Virus record (IMG/VR): IMGVR_UViG_3300007643_000017
Span: 1 to 60,821 of that record
Strand: one strand, 5' to 3'
Length of the DNA stretch: 60,821 bases
Source of the DNA: a virus
The notes under the pieces were generated by a model. That model was not told the origin of the DNA. It ran no database searches and worked only from the letters and a program-made list of their open reading frames with translations. Numbering within the stretch: the stretch's first letter is position 1; every line of letters begins with the position of its first letter. The position numbers were made by a program, and so were the translations under genes. Of this stretch, positions 33,508 to 43,675 are shown one piece after another.

Positions 33508-35008
33508 AAAACTTCCGCTGTTCGATCTCGAAAGCCGTGAACTGATCTTCGGCCCGCCAGACGAGATACTGACATATGAGGATTTCGAACCATATCAAAG
33601 ATGGATGTCCAAGCTGTGCATCAATCTCAAGTACGTTTACCTCGGAGCCGACATGGGCCTCGGGAAGACGGCGACTGCGTTGAAGGCAGCCAGCGTCTGG
33701 TTGAAGAAGGGCAAGTGTCGAAAGATTCTGATTATCGCCCCGTTGAATGTTGCGAACCACACTTGGCCTGACGAAATCGCCAAGTGGGACTTTGCACGGC
33801 CAATGAAATACTCAGTCATCACAGGCACCGAAGAACAGCGGCTGTGGGCGCTCAATCGAGATGCCGAGGTCTACATAATCAATCGCGAGAACGTGGTCTG
33901 GCTATACAAGCATCTCAATCCGCACGAGACTCCAGAAGAGTTGGAAAACCCGAACTGGCCGTTCGACGGATTGATCTACGACGAAGCCTCTCGGCTCAAG
34001 GGCGGAGCGAAGAAGACAAAACAGACTGTCAGAAAAGATGGTACTTTATCTGCCAAAAATGTCTCGGAGTTCGGAGCCCTGCGGCGCATACGACCGAAGT
34101 TCAAACGCATCGTGCAGTTGTCGGGGACTCCAGCCCCGAACGGATTGATCGATTTGTGGGGACCGTTCTATTTGCTCGATAAAGGTTCCCGGCTCGGGTC
34201 CTCGAAAGACGCGTTCTTGAAGCGGTGGTTCAGCTACGACAAATGGACCTACAAGTGGGAACCCCACGAGCATGCGAAGAAGGATATTCTCGACCGGCTC
34301 AAAGACATTTTCTTCACGCTCCGGTCTGAGGATTATTTGACGTTGCCGGAATTGAAGATCGTTGATCGGTGGGTTCATCTGACGGAAAAACAAAAACGAC
34401 AATACGACGATTTCAAGGCAGAGATGGTTTTGGAAGAGCATGATATTGAGGCCGTCAACAACGGCGTTCTCTGCAACAAGCTGCTGCAATTCGCCAACGG
34501 ACACGTCTATAACGAAGAACAGGAAGCGATCAAAATCCACGACCAGAAACTGAAAGAGCTTGAGAGCATCGTGGAAGAATCCGCAGGGAAACCGATCCTG
34601 TTGGCGTACTCGTATGCCTTCGACCGAGACGCGATCAAGAAGAAATTTCCATGGGCTCGCATCTTCGGAGAGAAAGAATCTGACATGCGTGATTGGAATG
34701 AGGGCAAGATCAGAATGCTGATTACTCACCCGGCCTCAGCAGGGCACGGCTTGAATTTTCAGTTCGGCAGCAATATAGCTGTTTGGTATGGCCTCAACTG
34801 GAGTCTCGAATTGTACCAACAGTTCATCAAGAGACTCCACCGTCGTGGCCAAAAGGAAGGAACTGTTTTCATGTATCGTATTCTCGCCCGGGGAACATTT
34901 GACGAGCACCAAGTCGAAACGCTCAAACAAAAAGGTGTAACCCAAGACGACATCATTGACGCTGGCACTGCTGAGATCGGAGAGACCCCATGGCCGATAG
35001 CAGCATAG
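33491..35008 (+). CDS. SNF2-family helicase (probable TTG start overlapping the VRR-NUC 3' end)
   Basis: FEPYQ, GADMGLGKT (motif I), YDEASRLK (II), LSGTPAPNG (III), RLHRRGQ (VI). The first ATG lies after the Q motif. The TTG at 33491 has SD gagagg. Confidence 0.8.
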   Translation: MALNRKKLPLFDLESRELIFGPPDEILTYEDFEPYQRWMSKLCINLKYVYLGADMGLGKTATALKAASVWLKKGKCRKILIIAPLNVANHTWPDEIAKWDFARPMKYSVITGTEEQRLWALNRDAEVYIINRENVVWLYKHLNPHETPEELENPNWPFDGLIYDEASRLKGGAKKTKQTVRKDGTLSAKNVSEFGALRRIRPKFKRIVQLSGTPAPNGLIDLWGPFYLLDKGSRLGSSKDAFLKRWFSYDKWTYKWEPHEHAKKDILDRLKDIFFTLRSEDYLTLPELKIVDRWVHLTEKQKRQYDDFKAEMVLEEHDIEAVNNGVLCNKLLQFANGHVYNEEQEAIKIHDQKLKELESIVEESAGKPILLAYSYAFDRDAIKKKFPWARIFGEKESDMRDWNEGKIRMLITHPASAGHGLNFQFGSNIAVWYGLNWSLELYQQFIKRLHRRGQKEGTVFMYRILARGTFDEHQVETLKQKGVTQDDIIDAGTAEIGETPWPIAA

Positions 35009-35637
35009 ACGACGCACTCACTGCCGTAACTGCGGCCAACCGATTTGCCAAAGGTGGCAACGCGGACGCCGGTCGAGTCGTCGAAGGTGTTACCCTGACG
35101 TGGCTCTCCCAAGTGTTCGAAATGACACCTTACGAATTGAAGAAGAAGCTGCGCAATTGCCCGACTAAACCGGCCCGAGACGGTCGCACTGGCGCATACT
35201 ACGATTTGCCAACGGCTGCCGCGTATCTCGTGACACCCCGGATCGACGTTGACGAGTACATGAAAAACGTCAAGCCGACTGACATGCCCGCGCATCTCCA
35301 AGACCAGTATTGGTCAGCGATGAACAAAAAGCAGAAGTGGGAAGAGGCGGCTGGCCACTTGTGGCGCAGCGAAAAAGTTCTCGCCGTCTTTGGTGATGTC
35401 TTCCAGTTGGTCAAGGGATCGATTCAGTTGTGGCCTGACGCGGTCGAACGTGCAGTCGGGATGAACGCCGAACAGAAGCGCACTCTGCGAGCCCAGTGTG
35501 ACGGCCTGCAAAAAGACATCCACACTCGCCTGCTGCAAATGCCTGACGATCAGCACACCGGCCCGCAGCTTGATGAATTTGAAGCGCCGTCCTCAGAGAT
35601 CGGCCCGGAAGCGACAGTTCACGATGACCTTATTTAA
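34990..35637 (+). CDS. Putative small terminase subunit (Nu1/DUF1441-like)
   Basis: It sits immediately upstream of, and overlaps, the large terminase gene. The N-terminus is HTH-like (LTWLSQVFEMTPYELKKKL). Ends ...VHDDLI. Confidence 0.5.
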   Translation: MADSSIDDALTAVTAANRFAKGGNADAGRVVEGVTLTWLSQVFEMTPYELKKKLRNCPTKPARDGRTGAYYDLPTAAAYLVTPRIDVDEYMKNVKPTDMPAHLQDQYWSAMNKKQKWEEAAGHLWRSEKVLAVFGDVFQLVKGSIQLWPDAVERAVGMNAEQKRTLRAQCDGLQKDIHTRLLQMPDDQHTGPQLDEFEAPSSEIGPEATVHDDLI

Positions 35638-38600
35638 CTCTCTCGAACAAATGGTGGTTCAGACTGCCGAGGGGGTTCGTCCCCCCGAACGACTGACCGT
35701 CTCACAGGCCTCGGCCAAGTATCGGTATCTCAATTCTCCCGGAGCGTATGTCGGACCGTGGCTGAATGAGACCACGCCATATCTCGAAGAGCCCATGGAC
35801 TCTCTGAACGATGACGTGAAAACCGGCATGGCTTTCGTCGGACCGGCGCAGTGCGGCAAAGCTCTGGGTCTCGATACGCGTATCCCAACGCCTTCTGGAT
35901 GGACTACGATGGGGGAAATATCCGTTGGAGATTGGCTTATCGGTGGTGACGGCGCACCTTGTCGTGTCACTGGAGTCACCCCCACACAGTACGGCAGAGA
36001 TTGCTATCGAATGGTTTTTGGCAACGGACAAGTGGTTGTGGCCGCCGCGGATCACAACTGGGTAACTAGAGAATACCGATCTACACAAAACCAAAAATGG
36101 ACGGTACAAACGACGCTTGATATCCTCAACAACCGCAATAAACAGAATGTTCCCTGCGGCAAACAAGTCCGACTACCCGAAACCGACTTACCCGTAGACC
36201 CATACGTCTTTGGTGCTTGGTTGGGAGACGGTCACAACGCAGGCGCTCGCATATATACCCACCGGGACGATGCCTCTCAAATGCGAGAGAACTTGCGTAT
36301 GGAGACCCGGTACCACGAGGACAAGAAAGGTCTCGGCGTGATCGCTCTTTCCGACGAGAGACACAACCCCGGTCGTGCGGGCGGGGCACATGGGGTTTCA
36401 GCAGGACTTCGAAGCATGAATTTGTCGCAGGGACAAAACAAATACATACCGACAGTCTACCTCCGATCCAGTGTCGAACAAAGGATGGAGCTTCTGCGCG
36501 GGCTTTTGGATACGGACGGCTCGGCAGATAAAAGGGGCAGGATTGAGTTCACAAGTTCACAGCCGTCGTTGGCCGAGGGATTTGCAGAACTTTTATTATC
36601 TCTCGGATATAGTTTTTCTCGCGGCTCTCGCCAGAAATCCCATCGTTTCAGCTTCTCCCCTAAACGAGACGAAATTCTTTTCAGGCTCCCCAGAAAGCAA
36701 GAACGACTGCATGATTGCGTTCGGAGACCGATTCGGCAAGAACAAACCCCAATCAGCGCCATCGAACCACACGAAAGCGTCCCGGTACGCTGCATAACGG
36801 TAGATTCTCCACAGAGAACGTATTTGTTTGGTGAAAAGTGGGTGGTGACGCACAATACAGACATGTTCTTGAACTGGCTAACGTACACCGTGGTTTCAGA
36901 CCCGGTCGATATGGTTCTGTTCGAGAAGACACAAGCCACGTCTCGCGACTTCTCCATTCGTCGTGTGGACCGGCTGCACGACTTCACAGAAGAGGTCGGC
37001 AATCGGTTGGTGCAGGGTCCTAAGAACGACAATACCTTCGACAAAAAATATACCAACGGGATGCTGTTGACTCTCTCGTGGCCAACGAAAAACACGCTGT
37101 CCGGTAAGCCGGTCCCCCGCCTCTGGCTATCAGATTACGACCGTATGGATCAGGACGTTGAGGGTGACGGGTCGCCGTTCGATCTGGCCCGCAAACGTAT
37201 GACGACATTCCGCCAGTTCGGTATGACCGCCGCAGAGAGTTCTCCATCGTTCCCAATCGAGAACGCTCGGTGGGTCCGCAAGTCCCGGCACGAAGCTCCG
37301 CCAACGCAGGGCATCATTTCGATCTACAACCGAGGCGACCGCCGTCTCTGGTATTGGCGCTGTGTCCAATGTCACAACGCGTTCGAGCCGTCCTTCAAAT
37401 TGATGAAGTGGCCCAAGTCGGAAGACCGGATGGAGTCTGCTGAGGCCGCGTACATCGAATGTCCGTCGTGCAATGCGAAGTACCATCAGGAAGAGCAAGA
37501 CAATCCCGGCAAGCACGAGATGAACCGCGAGCATGCCCGGTGGGTCAAAGACGGGATGATCTGGACGCCGGACAACACGCTGGTCGGCGAGCCGTTCCGG
37601 TCGGACATTTCTTCGTTCTGGCTGAAAGGTCCCGCAGCGACATTCGCAGATTTCAAAACACTGGTGAACAACTATCTGGCAGCCGAAGAAGACTACGAAA
37701 AAACCGGCTCCGAAGACTCTCTCAAAACGACAGTCAACGTCGATCAGGGCGAGCCGTACATCCCGAAAGCGCAAGCCAATGCTCGTCTCCCAGAGATGAT
37801 TAAAGCGACTGCGCGAGACTACGGCCTGCGGATGGTCCCGATGGGTGTCCGGTTCTTGATCGCCACAATCGACTTGCAGAAGAACAGATTTGAAGTACAG
37901 GTCCACGGCGTCGGAACAGATGAACACGGCCTGCCGGATTTTTGGGTTATCGACAGGTTCAAAATCCAAAAGTCTCGCCGGTATGATGACGACGGAGATC
38001 GCGCATGGGTGAACCTCGGAGCGCACCCGGAAGACTGGAAGCAACTGACTGACGAAGTCTTGATGAAAACGTATCCTCTGCTCGACGGTTCCGGCAGGCA
38101 CATGTCGATCAAGCACACGGTATCTGACTCCGCTGGCTCTGAGAACTTTACGTCAAACGCTTATGACTTTGTCCGCTGGCTTCGGCAAGACCCGGAACAC
38201 TGGTCTGAGGATCAAGACGACACGTATGTCTGGAAAGAAGGTCTCGCCGGTCGGTTCAGTCTGCTTCGCGGAGCGTCTACAAAGAACGGTCCTCGAGTCC
38301 GGTTGACGTATCCTGACTCCGAACGCAAAGACCGGAACGCCGGAGCCCGGGGAGAAATCCCGGTCTATGAAATCAATACGCAGAATTTGAAGGACAACAT
38401 CGACAAGATGCTGGACCGTAAAGTTCCCGGGGGCAAGGTCAATTTCCCCGACTGGTTGGACGACAATTTCTTCACGGAATTGACAGTCGAGGTCAAAGAC
38501 CCGGTCAAGGGCTGGCACAACCCAAAGGGATTCCGCAACGAAAGTTGGGACCTTCTCGTCTACGCAAAAGCCGCAACGCTCATGGCCCAAGTCAATGTAG

Positions 38601-38746
38601 ACAACATAAACTGGACCAATCCCCCCGGATGGGCTAAGCCGTGGGACGAAAATGATCTTGTATTTCATCCCGAAATGGATGATAAACCGTTTGAAGCCAA
38701 AAAACCGCGAGCCAATCTGGCGGCACTGGCAGAAAAATTAGCCTGA
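35624..38746 (+). CDS. terL: Large terminase subunit, lambda GpA family, interrupted by an intein
   Basis: The Walker A motif GPAQCGK|T is split by 332 codons. Downstream are GpA-like Cys pairs (CVQCHNAF, CPSCNAKY). It is followed by gpW and lambda-type portal genes. Confidence 0.85.
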   Translation: MTLFNSLEQMVVQTAEGVRPPERLTVSQASAKYRYLNSPGAYVGPWLNETTPYLEEPMDSLNDDVKTGMAFVGPAQCGKALGLDTRIPTPSGWTTMGEISVGDWLIGGDGAPCRVTGVTPTQYGRDCYRMVFGNGQVVVAAADHNWVTREYRSTQNQKWTVQTTLDILNNRNKQNVPCGKQVRLPETDLPVDPYVFGAWLGDGHNAGARIYTHRDDASQMRENLRMETRYHEDKKGLGVIALSDERHNPGRAGGAHGVSAGLRSMNLSQGQNKYIPTVYLRSSVEQRMELLRGLLDTDGSADKRGRIEFTSSQPSLAEGFAELLLSLGYSFSRGSRQKSHRFSFSPKRDEILFRLPRKQERLHDCVRRPIRQEQTPISAIEPHESVPVRCITVDSPQRTYLFGEKWVVTHNTDMFLNWLTYTVVSDPVDMVLFEKTQATSRDFSIRRVDRLHDFTEEVGNRLVQGPKNDNTFDKKYTNGMLLTLSWPTKNTLSGKPVPRLWLSDYDRMDQDVEGDGSPFDLARKRMTTFRQFGMTAAESSPSFPIENARWVRKSRHEAPPTQGIISIYNRGDRRLWYWRCVQCHNAFEPSFKLMKWPKSEDRMESAEAAYIECPSCNAKYHQEEQDNPGKHEMNREHARWVKDGMIWTPDNTLVGEPFRSDISSFWLKGPAATFADFKTLVNNYLAAEEDYEKTGSEDSLKTTVNVDQGEPYIPKAQANARLPEMIKATARDYGLRMVPMGVRFLIATIDLQKNRFEVQVHGVGTDEHGLPDFWVIDRFKIQKSRRYDDDGDRAWVNLGAHPEDWKQLTDEVLMKTYPLLDGSGRHMSIKHTVSDSAGSENFTSNAYDFVRWLRQDPEHWSEDQDDTYVWKEGLAGRFSLLRGASTKNGPRVRLTYPDSERKDRNAGARGEIPVYEINTQNLKDNIDKMLDRKVPGGKVNFPDWLDDNFFTELTVEVKDPVKGWHNPKGFRNESWDLLVYAKAATLMAQVNVDNINWTNPPGWAKPWDENDLVFHPEMDDKPFEAKKPRANLAALAEKLA
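35861..36856 (+). mobile_element. Intein (332 aa) with a LAGLIDADG homing-endonuclease domain; class-3-type signature
   Basis: It starts ALGLDT and ends VVTHN|T. Block B is AADHNW. The two dodecapeptide motifs are FGAWLGDGH and LLRGLLDTDGS. Block F is VRCITVD. Excision restores GPAQCGKT. Confidence 0.85.
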
Positions 38747-38756
38747 CGAGGACAGC

Positions 38757-38984
38757 ATGTCATCAGTACCAGCCACCACCGCAGAACTTCTCGCTGACGC
38801 CAAGGCGCAACAGCATCTCTTGCTGACTGGACAGGCTGCGAAAGTCTTCGTCGATCAGAACGGAGAACGTGTCGAATACAACAACGCGAGCCTTCCAAAG
38901 CTGGCGGCGTACATCAACACGTTGACCGAATCACTGAACCCTGTCGCATGTCCTCCACGAGGCCCAATGAAGGTCTATTTCTAA
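38757..38984 (+). CDS. Head-tail joining protein, gpW-like
   Basis: 75 aa between the terminase and portal genes. LLADAKAQQHLLLTGQAAKVFVDQNGERVEY...LAAYINTL fits the gpW pattern. Confidence 0.7.
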   Translation: MSSVPATTAELLADAKAQQHLLLTGQAAKVFVDQNGERVEYNNASLPKLAAYINTLTESLNPVACPPRGPMKVYF

Positions 38985-40669
38985 TGCAAGTTCATCAGCC
39001 ACCACAGCTATCGATTGCCCAGAAGGCAATGAACGAATTGATCGAATCCGGTATCGGCGAAAAAATGATGGGTGCCTATGAGGGTGCCAGCCGGTTCGAC
39101 AACACGCTTGCGCTTTGGTCTCCGCCAATGGCGTCCGCTGACTCTGCTATCGACGCGGACAAAGACATCGGTGACGCTCGGACGTTGGACATTCAACGGA
39201 ACGACGGCTACGCGCAATCCGGGCAAGCCTTGCACAAAGACAATATCGTGGGACACATGTTCCTGTTCAATTCGAAGCCATCCACCTCGGTTCTTCGTCT
39301 CGACGAAACATGGGAACGTGAGTTCCAAGAAGAGGTCGAGAACAAGTTCATGCTGACGGCAGAAAGCCCCGGCCACTATCTCGACGCCTCACGCAACAAC
39401 ACACTGACGGCACAAGTTCGTCTGGCCATCGGCGTTTACGCCCAAGCCGGAGAGTTCTTGGCGACCGCAGAATGGATGCGCAATGACTCCACGCGCCCAT
39501 GCCAAACAGCAATACAGGCTATTGATGTCGCTCGGTTGAAGACACCGTATGAGTATCAGAACGACGAGAACGTGCGTCAGGGCCTGCGTCGAGATCGCTT
39601 CGGTGCGATCCTCGGCGGATATATCCGGGACAAACACCCGGGCGAGTTTTTCCCAATGTCGAATGGGAACTTTGACTCGTACAAATACATCCGTGCCAAG
39701 AAGCCTTGGGGCCGCAATCAATTGATCTACATCCGAGAGCAAATGCGTCCGGGCCAGACACGTGGCATTTCCGAGATCGTTGCCGGTCTGAAAGAACTGA
39801 AAATCACCAAGAAGTTTCGCGATGTGACATTGCAGAACGCGGTGACGAATGCGATGTACGCGGCAGCCGTTGAATCGGAATTGCCAAGCGAGACTGTTTT
39901 CCAGCAACTCGGCGGCGGCAACATGACCGACCCCGGCGAAGCTGTTTCCAACTACGCATCGCAGTATCTGTCGGCAGTCAGTGAATACACTGGCGGCGCT
40001 CGCAACATGCACATTGACGGCGTCAAAATCCCACACCTATTCCCCGGCACGAAGCTGAATCTCATGCCTGCCGGTAAGGTCGGTGGCATCGGTCAGGACT
40101 TTGAAAAATCCCTGCTCCGCTACATCTCGTCAATCCTCGGCGTGAGCTACGAGCAGTTGTCGAAAGACTACAGCGAAACGAACTACTCAAGCGCCCGGGC
40201 AGCGATGGTCGAAGCATGGAAATTCATGATGTCGCGCAAGCGGGTCATCGCCGATGCCTACGCCAACATTGTTCTGCGTCTATGGTTTGAGGAAATGGTC
40301 GGCAAGGGTGAACTCGACACCATGAAGTTCTCCAAAGCTCCGAACATTTACGAAGGCCTGAACATGGACGCGTATCTGCGCGGCGAATGGATCGGTGCAT
40401 CACGCGGCCAGATCGACGAGTTGAAAGAGACTCAGGCGGCTGTGCTTCGGATTAAATACCAACTTTCTACGCACGAAGACGAACTCGCGAAACAGGGCAA
40501 GGATTGGCGCAAGGTCAACCAGCAGTTGAAACGCGAGAAAGACGACCGCGAAGAGAAGGGCTTGATTTTGGAAGAGGACAACTCTATCAATGCCGCATCC
40601 GGCTCCCCTCGGGAAGCTACAGAATCCTCCAAGTCACGGAATGCGAGGGAAGATGTCAAAGAAGACTAA
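38984..40669 (+). CDS. Portal protein, lambda family
   Basis: Start MQVHQPP overlaps the gpW stop (TAATG). Size, position and overall sequence style match lambda-type portals. Confidence 0.8.
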   Translation: MQVHQPPQLSIAQKAMNELIESGIGEKMMGAYEGASRFDNTLALWSPPMASADSAIDADKDIGDARTLDIQRNDGYAQSGQALHKDNIVGHMFLFNSKPSTSVLRLDETWEREFQEEVENKFMLTAESPGHYLDASRNNTLTAQVRLAIGVYAQAGEFLATAEWMRNDSTRPCQTAIQAIDVARLKTPYEYQNDENVRQGLRRDRFGAILGGYIRDKHPGEFFPMSNGNFDSYKYIRAKKPWGRNQLIYIREQMRPGQTRGISEIVAGLKELKITKKFRDVTLQNAVTNAMYAAAVESELPSETVFQQLGGGNMTDPGEAVSNYASQYLSAVSEYTGGARNMHIDGVKIPHLFPGTKLNLMPAGKVGGIGQDFEKSLLRYISSILGVSYEQLSKDYSETNYSSARAAMVEAWKFMMSRKRVIADAYANIVLRLWFEEMVGKGELDTMKFSKAPNIYEGLNMDAYLRGEWIGASRGQIDELKETQAAVLRIKYQLSTHEDELAKQGKDWRKVNQQLKREKDDREEKGLILEEDNSINAASGSPREATESSKSRNAREDVKED

Positions 40670-42026
40670 GGCCAAAGCCGCACAGTTTCCTCTCGCGGAA
40701 AAGCTCTGCGAGAACCCGCTACTGGTCCGTGAAGAATCTCTGACGATGTTCCAGACGTGCCTTGCGCACTTGGAAGCCGACAAAGATACCCGGGAAGTGA
40801 TGTCCGAAATCACGTCCCCAAATCTTTCTGACGATGATTTCTGGGGTGCGGAACCCGGCTCTTGGAGAGCAGGTCTTCGCCCATACAACGTCCACAACGG
40901 CATCCTTCAAATTCCCGTAATGGGAATTTTGGTCAACCGCATGAGCTACCAGCTTGGCCGATGGGCGACAGGCTACACCTACATCGAAAAAGCCGTGAAG
41001 CGCGGCATGGATGACTCGTCCGTCAAAGGGATCGCGTTCATCTGTGATTCTCCCGGTGGCGAAGCCGCAGGCAATTTCGAGTTGGTCGATTACATTTTCA
41101 GCTTTCGCGGCCAGAAGCCGATGCGAGCTTACGCGGCAGATATGGCGGCATCCGCAGCCTACTCAATCGCATCATGTGCAGACACGATCTCAATGACCCG
41201 GTCAGCCTTCGTCGGCTCCATCGGCGTGGCATCCGGCCACATGTCATTTGAAGACAATCTCAAAATGGTTGGCATCAAGTTCACCCCGATTTTCGCGGGT
41301 AAACACAAGATGGACGGCCACCCCCTTTTGGACCTGTCACCGCAGGCCAAAGCGCGGTATGAAGCCAGAGTCGAAAAGCTCTACGAAGAGTTCACCTCGA
41401 CTGTGGCCCGTAACCGTGGAATGGATCAGGCAGCAGTCATTGCCACTGAGGCATTGACATATGACGCGGAAGACGCCATTGCTGTCGGATTAGCTGACCA
41501 AACAGGTATTCTCGAAGACGAGATCGCTCTGTTTGAGCAAGACCTAACAACCGAAAATGGAGACCACCAGATGGCCGACAAATCAACAAACGAAGACATG
41601 GTCAGCAAAGCCGACCACGAAACCGCTCTCGCCGCTGCTACTGCCGCTGGCGAAACCAAAGGTGCTGAACTGGCTACCGCTCGTCAGAACGAAATTTTGA
41701 ATGCCCCGGAAGCTGAGAAGCGTCCGAAAATGGCAGTCAGCCTACTCAAGACTTCCATGTCTTCTGAGGAAGCAATCGCGTTCATGAAAGACCAACCCGA
41801 AGAAGCTGCTCTTGCTGCTCCCGAGGCTGTTGGTGGCGACAAGGAAGAGAATAAGGACAAGCTGGACGACAAGTCCGGTACGACCGATCACTTCTCGGAC
41901 GCCATGAACAAAGACAAACAGCCAAACGTTTCTGCTGATGACACCGATGGTGGAACTGGCGACGATTTGGAAGCTGATCCAGTGAAGGACATTCTGTCCG
42001 CACATTCATCTGTGACCGGCCTGTAA
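40653..42026 (+). CDS. Prohead protease, S49 (SppA / lambda gpC-like), with a scaffold-like C-terminal half
   Basis: GIAFICDSPGGEAAG...AADMAASAAYSIASCADTISMTRSAFVGSIGV. The C-terminal roughly 150 aa are acidic and Ala-rich. Confidence 0.8.
   Translation: MSKKTKAKAAQFPLAEKLCENPLLVREESLTMFQTCLAHLEADKDTREVMSEITSPNLSDDDFWGAEPGSWRAGLRPYNVHNGILQIPVMGILVNRMSYQLGRWATGYTYIEKAVKRGMDDSSVKGIAFICDSPGGEAAGNFELVDYIFSFRGQKPMRAYAADMAASAAYSIASCADTISMTRSAFVGSIGVASGHMSFEDNLKMVGIKFTPIFAGKHKMDGHPLLDLSPQAKARYEARVEKLYEEFTSTVARNRGMDQAAVIATEALTYDAEDAIAVGLADQTGILEDEIALFEQDLTTENGDHQMADKSTNEDMVSKADHETALAAATAAGETKGAELATARQNEILNAPEAEKRPKMAVSLLKTSMSSEEAIAFMKDQPEEAALAAPEAVGGDKEENKDKLDDKSGTTDHFSDAMNKDKQPNVSADDTDGGTGDDLEADPVKDILSAHSSVTGL
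41571..42026 (+). CDS. Possible nested in-frame scaffold protein (Nu3-like arrangement)
   Basis: An internal ATG, in frame, is preceded by ggagaccaccag. Inferred by analogy with lambda C/Nu3. Confidence 0.35.
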   Translation: MADKSTNEDMVSKADHETALAAATAAGETKGAELATARQNEILNAPEAEKRPKMAVSLLKTSMSSEEAIAFMKDQPEEAALAAPEAVGGDKEENKDKLDDKSGTTDHFSDAMNKDKQPNVSADDTDGGTGDDLEADPVKDILSAHSSVTGL

Positions 42027-42103
42027 TCTATCGTTCCCCTACCGGGGTCCTCGTGGGACACGCTCAATCCTGACAGATTGTAACACTCACGTAGGAGGCC
42101 ATC

Positions 42104-42523
42104 ATGGCTGACAACACTATCCCACACGTTGCCCCCGGTATCGCGGGCTTCTCTTCCGAGTCGTATGCGGGTCCAGACGAAGTTCGCTTCGGCGAGGGCG
42201 TAGCTACGACCACCGAAATCACAGTTGCCGATCCCGGCGCTGCTGGTGCGGACCTTCCTGTCTATTCTGTTGTTGACATTGACGGCGCTCTTGCCGCTCA
42301 GGGCACACCGGCATACGGCATCACCACTGCTCCAATCGTACTGGCTGATGGCCAGACTACGACTATCGCTGTTTACCGCGCTGGTAACTTCGATCTGGAC
42401 CAGTTGAACTGGGACGCTTCGTTCGCGACCGACGCTCAGAAGGCTGCTGCTTTCGAAGGCGGCGCATCGCCGAACCTCTTCGCTCAGAAGAAGCACTTCA
42501 ACTCGGACAACATCGCCATCTAA
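42104..42523 (+). CDS. Head decoration protein (gpD-like)
   Basis: Strong SD (aggaggccatcATG). It is 139 aa and lies between the protease and capsid genes, as in lambda. Confidence 0.7.
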   Translation: MADNTIPHVAPGIAGFSSESYAGPDEVRFGEGVATTTEITVADPGAAGADLPVYSVVDIDGALAAQGTPAYGITTAPIVLADGQTTTIAVYRAGNFDLDQLNWDASFATDAQKAAAFEGGASPNLFAQKKHFNSDNIAI

Positions 42524-42562
42524 GGCGGCGTTTAACCCCCAACCTAACAAGGAAACGAAACC

Positions 42563-43630
42563 ATGGAACAGACTGTTTACGGTTCATCCACACTTCTGGG
42601 CGTTATGCGCGAAGACAAGAACATGCAGCCCCCTGCACGTTACTGGCTCGACATGTTCCCAACCGCCATCAATTTCGACACGGAAGAAATTGATTTCTCG
42701 AAACTCACTGGTACGCGCAAACTGGCCCCGCTGGTTGTACCGACTGCTCAGGGTGTGCCAATCTACACCAACGCTGAACGTCGGTCCGTTGTCCGTCCTG
42801 CTTACGTCAAGCCGAAAGACGCCGTCACTGCTACTCGCATGATGCGCCGTGTTGCTGGCATGGGTGAGCTTGGTTCGAACGACCGCGCACTGAGCCCTGC
42901 ACAGCGCTACGCAGCTATCGTTGCTGACATCCTGCGCGAGCATCGCTTCTCCATCGAACGTCGTTGGGAATGGCTTGCTTCCGAAGCAATCCAGAACGGT
43001 CGCGTCACTCTCGAAGACGACCGCTACCCTCTGACGGTTGTTGACTTCGAACGCGATGCTGCTCATACGGCTACGCTGACTGCTGGTAACTTCTGGGGTG
43101 ACGCTGGTGTGTCAATCCTTGAATCAGTTGAAGGCTTCCGCAAGATCGTTCGCGATGCTGCATTCGGTGGTGTTACCAACCGCATGACTATCGGTTCCGA
43201 CGTTTGGGACGTGATGCGCAAGGATCAGGAAATCCGCGAATTGCTCAACACGAACTACCGCCTGAACTCCGGCGCTGAACTCAACATGGGTCTTCGCGAT
43301 CCTCTTGAGCCCGGTCTGGAAGTCGAGCGCGTCGGCAAGCTGTCAGCCAACTTGGAAGTGTACGTCTACTCCGACTACTACCAAGACGAAGCTGGCGCGA
43401 CCGTGCCGTTCATGTCCACGAAAGACATTGTCCTCACGGGCAGCAACATTCAGGGCGTGAAATGTTTCGGAGCCATTCAGGACATCTCAGCGAATCTTCA
43501 ATCGCTGGCGATCTTCCCGAAAATGTGGCCTGAACAGGACCCAAGTGCGACATTCATCATGTCCCAGTCAGCACCGCTGATGGTCCCTGTTAACCCCAAC
43601 AACACCTTCAAAGCGACAGTTCTCGCTTAA
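42563..43630 (+). CDS. Major capsid protein, gpE family
   Basis: The N-terminus ...YWLDMFPTAINFDTEEIDFSKLTGTRKLAPLVVP is characteristic of Phage_cap_E proteins. A strong terminator follows. Confidence 0.85.
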   Translation: MEQTVYGSSTLLGVMREDKNMQPPARYWLDMFPTAINFDTEEIDFSKLTGTRKLAPLVVPTAQGVPIYTNAERRSVVRPAYVKPKDAVTATRMMRRVAGMGELGSNDRALSPAQRYAAIVADILREHRFSIERRWEWLASEAIQNGRVTLEDDRYPLTVVDFERDAAHTATLTAGNFWGDAGVSILESVEGFRKIVRDAAFGGVTNRMTIGSDVWDVMRKDQEIRELLNTNYRLNSGAELNMGLRDPLEPGLEVERVGKLSANLEVYVYSDYYQDEAGATVPFMSTKDIVLTGSNIQGVKCFGAIQDISANLQSLAIFPKMWPEQDPSATFIMSQSAPLMVPVNPNNTFKATVLA

Positions 43631-43647
43631 AGGTCTACGATCCGAAG

Positions 43648-43675
43648 AGCCGGGGCTTGGTCCCCGGCTTTTTTC
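43648..43675 (+). terminator. Rho-independent terminator after the capsid gene
   Basis: agccgggg-cttggt-ccccggct followed by tttttt. Confidence 0.85.
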
